64,000 nt of DNA from Macrostomum lignano (lineage: Eukaryota): positions 434,001-498,000 of the forward strand of contig NIVC01000020.1 of assembly GCA_002269645.1 (NCBI GenBank). The letters are read 5' to 3'. Positions 33,041 to 46,572 of this stretch are shown here, in pieces. The translations under genes and the position numbers were made by a program. A model generated the notes under the pieces. That model did no database searches. It was not told where the DNA came from and worked only from the letters and a program-made list of their open reading frames with translations. The first letter of the stretch is position 1; every line of letters starts with the position of its first letter.

Positions 33041-34097
33041 TTAAAAGTTTATTCAGTGAAAGTGATAAAAAATTCTCGTTATTTTTTAAGCATCCCTACT
33101 TAATGCTTCGTACATTGTAAATGTGGGGAATCGGAATAGACTCAATTAATGGTATAGGATTGAGCCTGTGTAAAACGTAACGTACAGTATGAACTTTTGG
33201 CGCCACAATATTTTATCCGCCTCTAGATGTCAACAGCAGCAACAGCGGCAGGGGCAGCAATGAAATCGTCAAGCCACAGCTCGCGGGCTCGGCGGCAGCA
33301 ACGTTGACATCACCAAAGCCATGGCCTGTCTGAACAAGGAATGAACTGGCCTATCCACGCCCAGACCGGGGTTACAACAATTACAACGAAAAGTGCACAT
33401 AAGCAAAAAGTGCGGATATTAAAATGATAAATTATTAATTTATTAACTAGATCAAATTCATTATTAAAAAATGATAACAGTATTCAATCTTTCAGGGCAA
33501 AAAAACATGCACACATTATAAAGTACAAAATCGAATAAATCACAGGTAAGAGCACTGGAAATGGCATATGCAAGCTAGGAGTTTCAAAAGTTTGTAGAAA
33601 GCGTTCCTCTCCCAAAAGACAGCACGGCACACGAGCGCAGCACATTGAGGCTTCTGGCATCAAAGCCGGTGAGTTTCTGGTTACTTTCACCAAAATCAAT
33701 TAATGAGCAGCTAAATTTGCTCAAAGAAGCCAATTTTACCTGGTGCTTCAAAAGCTGTGTGCAGCGCATGAGGAAGTGCATCGAAGTCAATGGGGATTGC
33801 ATTGAGAGACTGGATTGAGGTGCTGGTGTCTGAGGCAATGCCCACTTTGAATATCTGCTTAATTTTCATCGTCTTCTACAAACGTTTAAAACACCGTCAT
33901 ACTACATGTGTAATAAATCACTTTAAAAACTACGCAAAAATCAATGTTGTTTTTAACCATTGCAATTGATTATATCTAAAGACAGAAAACACTACCACAA
34001 AGCCAAAAATTAATCAGGCAGTTTATTAAGTTAAACTTCACCTTACTGTCCGTTATAGGTTATACCATATCACAGCACAAAATAGCATTGGTGCTTC

Positions 34098-34621
34098 TTA
34101 AACTGTGCTCTTGAGGCTAACAATTTCATAGCTGTCGCCACTGTGGCACTGCTCTGTGATTCCAACATTGTATATGCCACAGTATGCTGCAATGGCGGCT
34201 CCAGTGCCAGCAGCCGCTGTTCCTGACAGTCCAGCTGCTCCAATGCTTTGGCCGAGAGACACAATGAATGGGGTGATGCCTCCTCCGAAAGCTTGCATCC
34301 AGGCTGCAATTGAGCCAGCGGCAATTCCACCTGCTTTAAATCCAAGCAGACCAACAGCCCATGGTGCGACAACAAAGGACCCAGCAGCAGCTGCTCCTCC
34401 AATAGCAAGGCATGTTCCTACTTTCCAGTAGTTATAACCTGAGTGAGTAACAAGCATGTAGAATGTAAAGCCATGCAAGGAGAGCCTTGTTGCAGGCAAG
34501 TGCAAATATTTAGTTAAAAAGTAGACTTACAAGTTTTCACTTTTTTGTTGTCAGCTAAACATGGTGCAAGTTGGATAGAAACCAGAAGAGCCAAGACTAG
34601 AAGCACTTTAGCTGACTGCAT
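34098..34621 (-). CDS. IFI27/IFI6 (ISG12 family)-like protein copy B, exons 34531-34621 and 34098-34438, 143 aa
   Basis: Same signal exon; 92-nt GTAAGT...CAG phase-1 intron; full ISG12 motif LLGFKAGGIAAGSIAAWMQAFGGG...GQSIGAAG. Confidence 0.85.
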
Positions 34622-34942
34622 TCTTGTCAATACTGAAAGTTATTGAAAAATCAATAAATAGTTATATATTTAACAAATGAACATCAGCCAAGCATAGACA
34701 CTAATTGCACTTGATTTACTATAATGTTCAGAAGCATACTTGATATACTCTATTTACAAAACTGATATACTTTATTAAAGCTTATTATAAATTTCTATCA
34801 TTTCTTCATTTCATTTGCACATGTCTCTATTTAGCTTGTACTCTGTTTTCTCTTGGGCCTCTATATCCAGTTCAATCTTTGGATTCTTGTCTTTTCCCCT
34901 TGCTGCCTTCTGGTTGGTTGTTTAATCTAAAATCTTGCCTCT

Positions 34943-35014
34943 TTAGGCTAAACATGGTCCAAGTCGGATATAAACCAGAAGAGTTAAAATGAGAAACACT
35001 TTAGCTGACTGCAT
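34943..35014 (-). pseudogene. Third, truncated copy of the IFI27-like signal-peptide exon
   Basis: MQSAKVFLILTLLVYIRLGPCLA followed by a TAA stop; the upstream acceptor context is shared. Confidence 0.7.
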
Positions 35015-35530
35015 TTTTGTCAATTCTAAAAGTTATTTTAAAATATAGAAAATACATTTATAAGTTATATTTTAATAACAAATATAAAGAGTAGCTTTCT
35101 AAATATATATACAAACAAAATTTAATTTGAGTCAAGAAGAGAGTTAGGACAATTGATAAAATGGTGTGTAGTATATGGAGAAGGAAAGGCAGGAGGCATA
35201 GGCCTACTTGATATATTCTAGTGGGAAAAACTCTAATATAGGCCTATTCATTTAATTTTTATTCCCATTCTGTTATTCATCTTTATTATCTGCAGCAAAA
35301 GACATACAAAAAAAACATATAAAAAACTAAATTTCAAACATTCTGGACAAGTAAATTCTGTTAATTCAAAGTAAAGTCATAGCACAACATTAAACTTACA
35401 CTGGGTGCGGTAAGTACTGATATTTTTAACGAAGGTAAAACCTTGAAATAAAAACGAACGAGTATATGCAAAGAGTACGTCTCGCAGATAGCGGTCTTGT
35501 CTTGCCTCGTGAGCCCGCTCTATATATATC

Positions 35531-35569
35531 GAATTGAAATCGAAAATGCTTGAAAGTGAAAACCGAAAA
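35531..35569. promoter_or_regulatory. Cluster of IRF-E/ISRE-like motifs upstream of IFI27-like copy B
   Basis: gaattGAAATCGAAAatgcttGAAAGTGAAAaccGAAA. Confidence 0.5.
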
Positions 35570-37835
35570 ATCACTCATTAAAATTATTTTTCAAAAAATG
35601 TAAAGAAACTAAATAATCAGCACTTTATTGTTGATAGATTTTCCGAATTCAGAAATTGAGACTAAAATATCATTCGTTTTTGCTTTATTAAAAGGCAGAG
35701 TTACTTCGCTATAAATCCGGGCATTCCAAACCCTTGTGTTAATATCGTCAAATTTATAGAATAATACAGCATATTGCCCGTATAATTACAGCATAATGTT
35801 ATAATATAATAACGCAAAGCTATTAAAATTATCGAGCATCAGGTCTTATGAAAGAAGAGAAGCAAACCTCGTCCAAAGCTTCGATGAAGCGTCAGGCGAT
35901 GATACAGCAGGAAGCCGGGTGACCCAAGCAATTAAGGCTGTCATTACTTTTGTCATTACGACGAGTATGCATGATCAAAATAGAATATATAGTTGTGGCT
36001 TTAATCACTTTGGCAGCATCCAAAGTAACTAACTACATATGTATTTAACTAAACTGAAGAGTCTGTGCTTCCAAATCTGCCTTTCTCAACCGCGTACTCT
36101 TCCGCTTATTGTCCTGGAGAATTTCTCGAAACTAACCTAGCTTACTGATTGACTCCACTAGAAATCCCCACATAGAAGTGATAGTCTTGGGGATCTCAAA
36201 TGTATGGCCCATCCCTTTGAATGGAGAGCCGGGAGCGACTCACTCTGCGATCTCAGTGTTGCAAATGCTACGATCCTGTTCCCCGATCCCGCGTCACCGG
36301 CCGCTCCTCTCTTTCATTGCTGGTGTCAGCCTGGGGCTTTGCAGACTCAACGGGAACTAAAACCCACAGTCCCTCAGCATGCGCGGCCGCAGCAATGCCG
36401 GATGTCCTCTGCGTGGCAGCTGTGACAACAATGACTTGGCCAAGTCAGGGGTATGGAACTCAGAAATCAATTTTGAGATTTTGCTGACCGACTTCTTCTG
36501 CAATCTTCTTCTCCTATGGCTCGGCATCCCCGGCTGTGATTGACGCGGCTTATTGCGGAAGCGGGAGAGCAGCAGCAGCATTGAGTGGCTGGCCGCCCAC
36601 TGCTCAGCGGAGCTCTCAGCCCGTGTTGACCCGCAGCACGGGAGGGAAATTGCGGCCTGAAGTGCCGCCGGACAGCCCTTGAATGCCAGCTGCTGGCTGC
36701 CGCCTTCTGCTTTGCTCTGACGGTGCGGCAACTGTTGACAGCTCAGATCAGTTTGATTGAGACCTGAGCTCAACTCTGCTCACGCTGAACTGAATAATTT
36801 CAACTTTATTTCTGTACTTTATGGCGTGCTGTATCTGTGATGCCGAAAGAACAGATATCTAGCTGGTCTGGCAGCCACAGTCACTCATATATCCAGCTGA
36901 TCCAGTCTCCACAATCTTACACGCCCAATATAGTAAGCATTTCCAGGTGCAAAAATTCCTATACATGTATGTGAAACTACGGAAGCACAGGTGGAATTTG
37001 AGCAGTGCAACACCAGACGCCATTATCTTGAGGCGTCTCAAGAAAATCAAACACGGGAGCCTCGGCCTCGGCGGGAGGCTGCAGCCAGCGGCAGTCCCGG
37101 AGCCCCAAAATCAATGGGCGGCAGGGCTGCAATTTTCAGCTGGCGGCAGAGCGCAGCTTTCGAGTGCCAAAGGGGGGGAGGCGGGAGTGTTGGGCCCGGC
37201 GGGAGCGGCTCTCGATCCCCGCCCTCCTGTCAGTCCTCACTGGGAGCGGTGCGGCTCCTCCCAGCCCCCCCCCCCGTCACTCAATTGTCTCGCTGGCCCA
37301 GCCTGCACTTTCTCCTCAAATCCCCAGCCACCCCCAGCAGCAGTTTGAGCAGGATTTTGAGTCGGACAGGAGGGCTTGGCAGCGCCTCTACCACAGCGTC
37401 TCCGGTCCCACCTGGAATTGTGAATTCTGCCCCCCCCGTCTCTTATCCCAGTGTGAGCCTCGCCTTGCTCAGCCATGCAAGGCAGCAGTGGGCCTTCATA
37501 GGCCTCAGGCCTCCCCCTTTTCACTAGCAGAACACGCAAATTAAAGCCCCCACCCCCCAACCCACTGCTGTGCCAGCCACTCTCTGTTGAAAATCAATGG
37601 AATCGCTCTGTTAAACTCGGGTCCAATTACTCATTTAGATTGATTCACTGCTCATCGCGAACCGCTGTGCCGATGCGGGCGGGCCAGCCTGATGGAACTG
37701 GGCCACTCGTACTAAATGGGATATCGACCAGTAGCTCTTGCGCTGTCCCTGCACTTCGCAAATCACAAATAAATTGCAATATCTCGACTTCTCAACTTCA
37801 AAGCTGTTCTCGTTGAAACATTTTGTAGGTTTTCA

Positions 37836-38597
37836 TGTGCTTAGCTCTGCATTAACTATATGGAACGGGGTTTTGCCATAGACTTGTGCTTAGCTCTGCA
37901 TTAACTATATGGAACGGGGTTTTGCCATAGACTTGTGCTTAGCTCTGCATTAACTATATGGAACGGGGTTTTGCCATAGACTTGTGCTTAGCTCTGCATT
38001 AACTATATGGAACGGGGTTTTGCCATAGACTTGTGCTTAGCTCTGCATTAACTATATGGAACGGGGTTTTGCCATAGACTTGTGCTTAGCTCTGCATTAA
38101 CTATATGGAACGGGGTTTTGCCATAGACTTGTGCTGAGCTGCATTAACTATATGGAACGGGGTTTTGCCACAGACTTGTGCTGAGCTGCATTAACTATAT
38201 GGAACGGGGATTTGCCATAGACTTGTGCTGAGCTGCATTAACTATATGGAACGGGGTTTTGCCATAGACTTGTGCTTAGCTCCGCATTAACTATATGGAA
38301 CGGGGTTTTGCCATAGACTTGTGCTGAGCTGCATTAACTATATGGAACGGGGTTTTGCCATAGACTTGTGCTTAGCTCCGCATTAACTATATGGAACGGG
38401 GTTTTGCCATAGACTTGTGCTTAGCTCTGTACTATATGGAACGGGGTTTTGCCATAGACTTGTGCTTAGCTCTGTACTATATGGAACGGGGTTTTGCCAT
38501 AGACTTGTGCTGAGCTGCATTAACTATATGGAACGGGGTTTTGCCATAGACTTGTGCTGAGCTGCATTAACTATATAGAACGGTGTTTTACCATAGA
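37836..38597. repeat. 49-bp minisatellite, ~15 copies
   Basis: Unit gcttagctctgcattaactatatggaacggggttttgccatagacttgt. Confidence 0.95.
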
Positions 38598-39569
38598 CAA
38601 ACTCGGTCAAGATAAAGCTGTCTAGAAAATGCAACAGAAACAGCAGATATTTCGTTGGAACTTCATCACTGACTTGCTTGTTTCTTGTTGCTTTTTTCTC
38701 CAGCAAAATCGGAACAATTTTCAAGTGCAGCAACCTTCTCAGTCGAGTTGTCCATGAGCTCATGTCCCATTTACAGCAGGCTGATTGACCGAGTGGCATC
38801 GGCTGCTCAAAGCGGAGCAGCTCGCGGTCCCGAAATTCGAAATTCGCCAGCAAGTGGCGGCGGTGAAGCAGCGGTCCGGAAGAGACGTCAGTTGCTGGGC
38901 TCGGGAGGACACTCCTGCTGGGCAGCGGGCTGGAATGATTGGCGAATTAATTAGGCCTCCCCCTGGATCGTATTTGTCCTTCACAAAGAGCTCCTCTCGC
39001 CGCTCTTCCTCATTATCGGTGAGCAGAACCGGATTTACTCCAAGCGGCTCCGGTCATTTTCGATCGGCGCCTCATCTTCTGGCTCGAGATCGGCCCGTGT
39101 CCGGAATTCGCACTTTTCCAGTTATCGCGGGCCCCGCTGTCCGCCCTGGCTGACTGACTGGCGCGGGGCTCTGGCAGCTGTGCCGCAATCAGTCATGTTC
39201 CCGCCGCGGGCCGTGCCGATCTGGAATCCAAAATCAGAGCCAGCCAGCCAGCCAGGGTAGGGCGGTACGGCCGGCCTCCCCACCGCGCAACTTCGAGTTT
39301 CTGTTTTGCTCATCGAGTGTGGACACCCGGCCCGGTGTGTTTCGCAGTTGGCCGAGTTTACCAATCAGTCCGCCAATCTGCAGGCTGGGCGCTGCCGCCT
39401 CCCGCTGCATTTCTGCTGCCCTTATTGGCTGGAAATCACAGTGCTGGCATTTTCCACTGACGCAGCGTTTTTGTGGGGGCTCAAGGATGTTGATGCGCCA
39501 ATAAGGATGTTTGTTGAACAGCGATGATGTTGTTTTCACTAAAAAGATGATGGTTTTGCGATGAGGATG

Positions 39570-41770
39570 CGGAGTTAACTATGAGGATTTTGATTGCACT
39601 GTGAGAATGTTTATTGCACTGTGAGGGTGTTGATTGCACTGTGAGGATGTTGATTGCACTGTGAGGGTGTTGATTGCACGATTAGAGTGTTAATTGCACT
39701 ATGAGGATTTTGATTGCACTGTAAGAATGTTGATTGCACTAGGAGGGTGTTGATTGCACTATGAGGATGTTGATTGCACTATGAGGATGTTGATTGCACT
39801 ATGAGGATGTTGATTGCACTGTGAGGATGTTGATTGCACTGTGAGGATGTTGATTGCACTGTGAGAGTGTTGATTGCACTATGAGGATGTTGATTGCACT
39901 GTAAGAATGTTGATTGCACTGTGAGGATGTTGATTGCACTATGAGGATGTTGATTGCATTGTGAGGATGTTGATTGCACTATGAGGGTGTTGATTGCACG
40001 ATTAGAGTGTTAATTGCACTATGAGGATGTTGATTGCACTGTGAGGATGTTGATTGCACTATGAGGATGTTGATTGCACTGTGAGGATGTTGATTGCACT
40101 ATGAGGATGTTGATTGCACTGTGAGGATGTTGATTGCACTGTGAGGATGTTGATTGCACTGTGAGAGTGTTGATTGCACTATGAGGATGTTGATTGCACT
40201 GTGAGGATGTTGATTGCACTATGAGGATGTTGATTGCACTGTGAGGATGTTGATTGCACTATGAGGATGTTGATTGCACTGTGAGGATGTTGATTGCACT
40301 TTGAGGATGTTGATTGCACTGTGAGAGTGTTAATTGCACTATGAGGGTGTTGATTGCACGATTAGAGTGTTAATTGCACCATGAGGGTGTTGATTGCACT
40401 ATGAGGATGTTGATTGCACTTTGAGGATGTTGATTGCACTATGAGGATATTGATTGCACTTTGAGGATGTTGATTGCACTTTGAGGATGTTGATTGCACT
40501 ATGAGGATGTTGATTGCACTGTGAGGATGTTGATTGCACTGTGAGGATGTTGATTGCACTTTGAGGATGTTGATTGCACTGTGAGAGTGTTAATTGCACT
40601 GTGAGGGTGTTGATTGCACGATTAGAGTGTTAATTGCACTATGAGGATTTTGATTGCACTGTAAGAATGTTGATTGCACTAGGAGGGTGTTGATTGCACT
40701 ATGAGGATGTTGATTGCACTGTGAGGATGTTGATTGCACTGTGAGGATGTTGATTGCACTATGAGGATGTTGATTGCATTGTGAGGATGTTGATTGCACT
40801 ATGAGGGTGTTGATTGCACGATTAGAGTGTTAATTGCACTATGAGGATGTTGATTGCACTGTGAGAGTGTTGATTGCACTATGAGGATGTTGATTGCACT
40901 GTGAGGATGTTGATTGCACTATGAGGATGTTGATTGCACTGTGAGGATGTTGATTGTCTTGTGAGGATGTTGATTGCACTGTGAGAGTGTTGATTGCACT
41001 ATGAGGATGTTGATTGCACTGTGAGGATGTTGATTGCACTATGAGGATGTTGATTGCACTGTGAGGATGTTGATTGCACTATGAGGATGTTGATTGCACT
41101 GTGAGGATGTTGATTGCACTTTGAGGATGTTGATTGCACTGTGAGAGTGTTAATTGCACTATGAGGGTGTTGATTGCACGATTAGAGTGTTAATTGCACC
41201 ATGAGGGTGTTGATTGCACTATGAGGATGTTGATTGCACTTTGAGGATGTTGATTGCACTATGAGGATGTTGATTGCACTGTGAGGGTGTTGATTGCACT
41301 GTGAGGATGTTGATTGCACTGTGAGGATGTTGATTGCACTGTGAGGATGTTGATTGCACTATGAGGATGTTGATTGCACTATGAGGGTGTTGATTGCACG
41401 ATTAGAGTGTTAATTGCACTATGAGGGTGTTGATTGCACTATGAGGATGTTGATTGCACTTTGAGGGTGTTGATTGCACTTTGAGGATGTTGATTGCACT
41501 TTGAGGATGTTGATTGCACTTTGAGGGTGTTGATTGCACTTTGAGGATGTTGATTGCACGGTGAGGGTGTTGATTGCACTTTGAGGATGTTGATTGCACT
41601 ATGAGGATGTTGATTGCACTGTGAGGGTGTTGATTGCACTATGAGGATGTTGATTGCACTGTGAGGGTGTTGATTGCACTGTGAGGATGTTGATTGCACT
41701 ATGAGAATGCTGGTTGCACTATGCAGATATTGATTGCACTGTGATGGTGCTGATTGCACTAGGAGGATGT
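39570..41770. repeat. 20-bp satellite, ~110 copies, with higher-order structure
   Basis: Unit gaggatgttgattgcact(g/a/t)t. Confidence 0.97.
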
Positions 41771-44239
41771 TTATAGTCCAATGAATGTTTCAGTCACTCA
41801 GTGAGGTCAACAGTTTCCCAGTATATTAACCAGCCGGCAAATGACCAATTTGCACTTTTACAACCGATGGCAGACATCAGACTAATGAGGCCAGTTGGCT
41901 TTCCCAGCTCGGTCTGTTATCAAATCGACCGAGACCCGGGCAGCCGATCGTGAGCAGATACTCAAGAACCGCAGCCTCAGCTCTGCGGGGGGGGGGCGTG
42001 CTCACCCAGTCAGACTGCGGCTTGAAGACCCTCTCCTCCGCCCTCCGCTCGTGTTGCCGCACAAGAAGCGCCAAAATTCAATTGAGGCCGGGCGGAAGAC
42101 AGAAGCCAGGGGCGGAGAGGAAGAGGGGAAGGCTGAAGGCCTCGGCGGCAGGAGTGGAGCGGAGCGGAAGTCAGTCCTCGGGGGGGGGGCTGCTGGAGGT
42201 TGTTGGGCCGGCCGTGTCGGTGGAAATTCTTTTGAAGTTGCTGATTTCGGGGGCCTCCCCAATTCGCGGCCAAGGCTGAGGATTTGGGAGCGCCGGAGGC
42301 CAATGAGAGGCGGCAGGATCTGGGAGTGGGGGGGGGGGCTCGCGGGAGGGAGTTAAGGGAGGCCGGGCGCAGGAGGAAGGAGCCGAGGCGGACCGTGACT
42401 GCTTGGAGAGCTGAGCAGCGGACGCTACTCAGCTGATTCCCACAGGACTCGAGCTCAGGACTTGGTACTAAAAAATTCTGGTGAGAACCTGTTCGTACTC
42501 GGGGCGGGGGAAATGCGGAGTACTTTGCCGCGACTTTGCCTTCCCCTCTTCTTGCCGGCTTTGCAGCTGCAGTCAGGGAGCATCAGCTGGCAAATGGGAT
42601 TGCCGGGCCTGGGGCAGACAGTCAAACGGTTTAAAAATGCTTTTTGCGGGAGACTCAGAATGAATGGCCGGTGCTGGCTTTGTCTCCCAGTCTGAGCAGC
42701 GCGTGCAGCTGCCCCAGCAGCGCGCCCAGTGATTTTTTTCGAGCCATTCAAGCGCTCAGGCTGCTCAGTTCCGATGCGAAATTCGGGCTGCAGCTGTGGC
42801 CCACAGTGGCATAAAACATGAGGCCTGTGAGCTCAGCTTCGTCAGCGCCATCTGCCTTAATGGCTCAGGTATCCTCTGCAGCGTTTTATCTGAATAAAAA
42901 CTGATAGAAAAAAGGAGGTGAGGCATCGCCGCTGCAGGCTGAGTGCACCGGAGCATTTAGCCCTGCCGACTCTGCCCCTGGGGGTCAGGCGCGATCAACA
43001 CGGATTAAAAATCCCATTGTGGCCGCTGGCGAGCGGGATTTACAAGCTTGAGCGGCGGGCGTCACGGGGCGCATAGCAACACGAACCGGAGTTGGCGGGG
43101 ATACGGCACCCCCTGCTACGGAGTGAATCAGTGCGGACTGAGATTTAAAAGTCAGAGCGCTGCTGCAGTTGGGAAATTAAAATTAGCGACTTCAAGCCCC
43201 CCCCATTGTCAGCTGCAGGGTTCCTCAGGGAGGGACGGAAAACAGCTTCTTTGGCTTCCTTCTTAGCACGCCTTTGCCGCCTATTTCGGCAAGTTGCTGT
43301 TGGTCCCACAGCTACAGTCCCACTGCTCTAGCCTCTGAGTCTGAGGAGTCTCTGACGGTGTGTAACTGTGCTACAGGGTTAATACTGCAGGTCCCGAGCG
43401 TGTTCTGAGCCCTGGGCTGGCTGGCACTGCAGGTCCCGAGTGCATCTCCGTGTGTCCTCAAACAGTACTCCAAACAGTCTCCAAGCTGCCGCTTGAACTT
43501 GTTTCAGCTGTCTTGAACTCCTCCTAGAAGAGAGTCCGTCTTCCGCGCGCCCGGCCGCTCGTTAGCGACTGCCCCATCTCGCAAATTTGTTGCCGAAAGA
43601 TAGTGAAATCCGGAGGCCCGCTTGGGGGCCTGGTTGGTTGGTTTGGGGCAGGCCAGCTGCCTGATCGATTCCTGCAGTGCAGCAGCAGGCCGCGATTCCC
43701 ATGCAGCTCCTGCAGCCCGCCGCGGTCTCCCAGCCTCCCCCTGGCAGCCGCAGGAATCAATCGGTCTAACGAATCGGCCATCGATTTCCCGCTCGGACGG
43801 CCGAGAGCCGCCCGTCGCCGGCTCCCGCAGTGCATGGAGCTTGCCGAAACTCGATTGCTGCGTTGCTATCATTCTTCTACTAGAAGAAACCCTTCCAAAG
43901 GGCCCTCCCGGCCATTCAATCGTCACTCTCTTCAATTCGCTGACATTTCAGCGTCACTTGCTGACAGCCGGTCACTTGAAGTGCCTCGCCTGTCAGCCCC
44001 AGCTCTGTTCCTCTTCCTAGGGACACACCAGGCGTCTGCTGTGTTGTCTGGAAGATGGGGCTGGGGAAGCTGGAGTTGCTGCTTTTGATGAGATAAATAT
44101 AGCTTGCTTGCTTGCTTCTGCGGAGAACTGAAACGTTGCTTCTCCGCATGCTGCCCCCGTCAGCAGTTGGAACCCCCTGTTTGCGGGGCGTTGAACAGGA
44201 AACGGTCTCTGAACTGAGTGCTTCAGGGGGAAGGCTCAG

Positions 44240-45645
44240 GGCAGAAGTGTCAGGTAGTGAAATCTCAGGACAGAAGTGTCAGGTAGTGAAATCTCAGGAC
44301 AGAAGTGTCAGGTAGTGAAGGCTCAAACATAAAGTGTCAGGTGGGGGATGGCTCAAACATAAAGTGTCAGGTGGGGGGTGGCTCAAACATAAAGTGTCAG
44401 GTAGTGAAGGCTCAGGCAGAAAGTGTCAGGTGGGGAATGCTCAAACAGAAAGTGTCAGGTGGGGAATGCTCAAACAGAAAGTGTCAGGTAGTGAAGGCTC
44501 AGACAGAAAGTGTCAGGTGGGGAATGCTCAAACAGAAAGTGACAGGTAGTGAAGGCTCAGACAGAAAGTGTCAGGTGGGGAAGGCTCAGACAGAAAGTGT
44601 CAGGTGGGGAAGGCTCAGACAGAAAGTGTCAGGTGGGGAATGCTCAAACAGAAAGTGACAGGTAGTGAAGGCTCAGACAGAAAGTGTCAGGTGGGGAATG
44701 CTCAAACAGAAAGTGTCAGGTAGTGAAGGCTCAGACAGAAAGTGTCAGGTGGGGAAGGCTCAGACAGAAAGTGTCAGGTGGGGAAGGCTCAAACAGAAAG
44801 TGACAGGTAGTGAAGGCTCAGACAGAAAGTGTCAGGTGGGGAAGGCTCAAACAGAAAGTGTCAGGTAGTGAAGGCTCAGACAGAAAGTGTCAGGTGGGGA
44901 AGGCTCAAACAGAAAGTGTCAGGTGGGGAAGGCTCAAACAGAAAGTGTCAGGTAGTGAAGGCTCAGACAGAAAGTGTCAGGTGGGGAAGGCTCAAACAGA
45001 AAGTGTCAGGTGGGGAATGCTCAAACAGAAAGTGTCAGGTGGGGAAGGCTCAAACAGAAAGTGTCAGGTAGTGAAGGCTCAGACAGAAAGTGTCAGGTGG
45101 GGAATGCTCAAACAGAAAGTGTCAGGTAGTGAAGGCTCAAACATAAAGTGTCAGGTGGGGATGGCTCAAACATAAAGTGTCAGGTAGTGAAGGCTCAGGC
45201 AGAAAGTGTCAGGTGGGGAATGCTCAAACAGAAAGTGTCAGGTGGGGAATGCTCAAACAGAAAGTGTCAGGTAGTGAAGGCTCAGACAGAAAGTGTCAGG
45301 TGGGGAATGCTCAAACAGAAAGTGACAGGTAGTGAAGGCTCAGACAGAAAGTGTCAGGTGGGGAAGGCTCAAACAGAAAGTGTCAGCTAGTGAAGGCTCA
45401 GACAGAAAGTGTCAGGTGGGGAAGGCTCAAACAGAAAGTGTCAGGTGGGGAATGCTCAAACAGAAAGTGTCAGGTAGTGAAGGCTCAGGCAGAAAGTGTC
45501 AGGTGGGGAATGCTCAAACAGAAAGTGTCAGGTAGTGAAGGCTCAAACAGAAAGTGTCAGGTGGGGAAGGCTCAAACAGAAAGTGTCAGCTAGTGAAGGC
45601 TCAGACAGAAAGTGTCAGGTGGGGAAGGCTCAAACAGAAAGTGCC
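44240..45645. repeat. 29-bp minisatellite, ~48 copies
   Basis: Unit aaagtgtcaggtggggaaggctcagacag with variants. Confidence 0.95.
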
Positions 45646-46198
45646 AGTGTCAGCTGGAGCAAGACACTGTCAGCAGCAGCTGGTTTCTGCCAGGTGTCAC
45701 AAAGTTTGCCCAGCCCAGCACCCCAGCCTCTTCCGCTGCATCGCGAGCTGCGGCAGGCAGGCGGAGCAGCGTGCCGTGTTTGCCTGCGGCCCCCTTCCCG
45801 CTGTTTGCAGCCTGTGGCAGCTTTGAAAACGGGGCTGCCAGAAAAACAAAGAACTCGTTTCAAACTACAGACGAGCCTCAAGGCCTTCGTGCCGCTCGCC
45901 CAGCTTCTGATATAAAAACTCCACCACGGAAAGTCACTGTAACACTGCACTACTGCCAGTAGCATGAGTGGCTTCTGATGTCTCAATCCGCAGCACGCAT
46001 TGAATCGCATGCATCTTAAAGCCTTAAGAAACTGTGAAACCGTGATTGGAAGCGAGAGTGCTTCGCGAGTAACCTCGGAGGGTGCGCCACCGAGAGCCAT
46101 CGCTAACAAGCCGCCCGCCAAGCTATCAGAACCGGACGATTAAAGGGATGCCAAAAATGAAGATCTGCTGCCTCTGGTTAGTCAGAGTGGGGAGCGGA

Positions 46199-46572
46199 AC
46201 AGCTCAGGCTCAGGGACAGCTCAGGCTCAGGGATAGCTCAGGCTCAGGGACAGCTCAGGCTCAGGGACAGCTCAGGCTCAGGGACAGCTCAGGCTCAGGG
46301 ACAGCTCAGGCTCAGGGACAGCTCAGGCTCAGGGATAGCTCAGGCTCAGGGACAGCTCAGGCTCAGGGACAGCTCAGGCTCAGGGACAGCTCAGGCTCAG
46401 GGACAGCTCAGGCTCAGGGACAGCTCAGGCTCAGGGACAGCTCAGGCTCAGGGACAGCTCAGGCTCAGGGATAGCTCAGGCTCAGGGACAGCTCAGGCTC
46501 AGGGACAGCTCAGGCTCAGGGATAGCTCAGGCTCAGGGACAGCTCAGGGACAGCTCAGACTAAGGGACAGCT
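46199..46572. repeat. 17-bp minisatellite, ~22 copies
   Basis: Unit cagctcaggctcaggga. Confidence 0.95.

Larger units (their letters stand above)
30900..35730. repeat. Second, uninterrupted copy of the X+Y duplication unit
   Basis: Matches 1590-4552 and then 17304-19520; there is no gypsy at the X/Y junction (~33430). Confidence 0.85.

Noticed and set aside
37836-38597. CRISPR-like regular, partly palindromic repeats (also the 48-bp array)
   Set aside because: Units are directly adjacent with no unique spacers, there are no cas genes, and the context is eukaryotic.
36180-43950. GC-rich unique islands between arrays with 60-180 aa ORFs
   Set aside because: No recognisable domain, no consistent exon chain and no GC3 bias like that of the real exons; they could be UTR or regulatory sequence.
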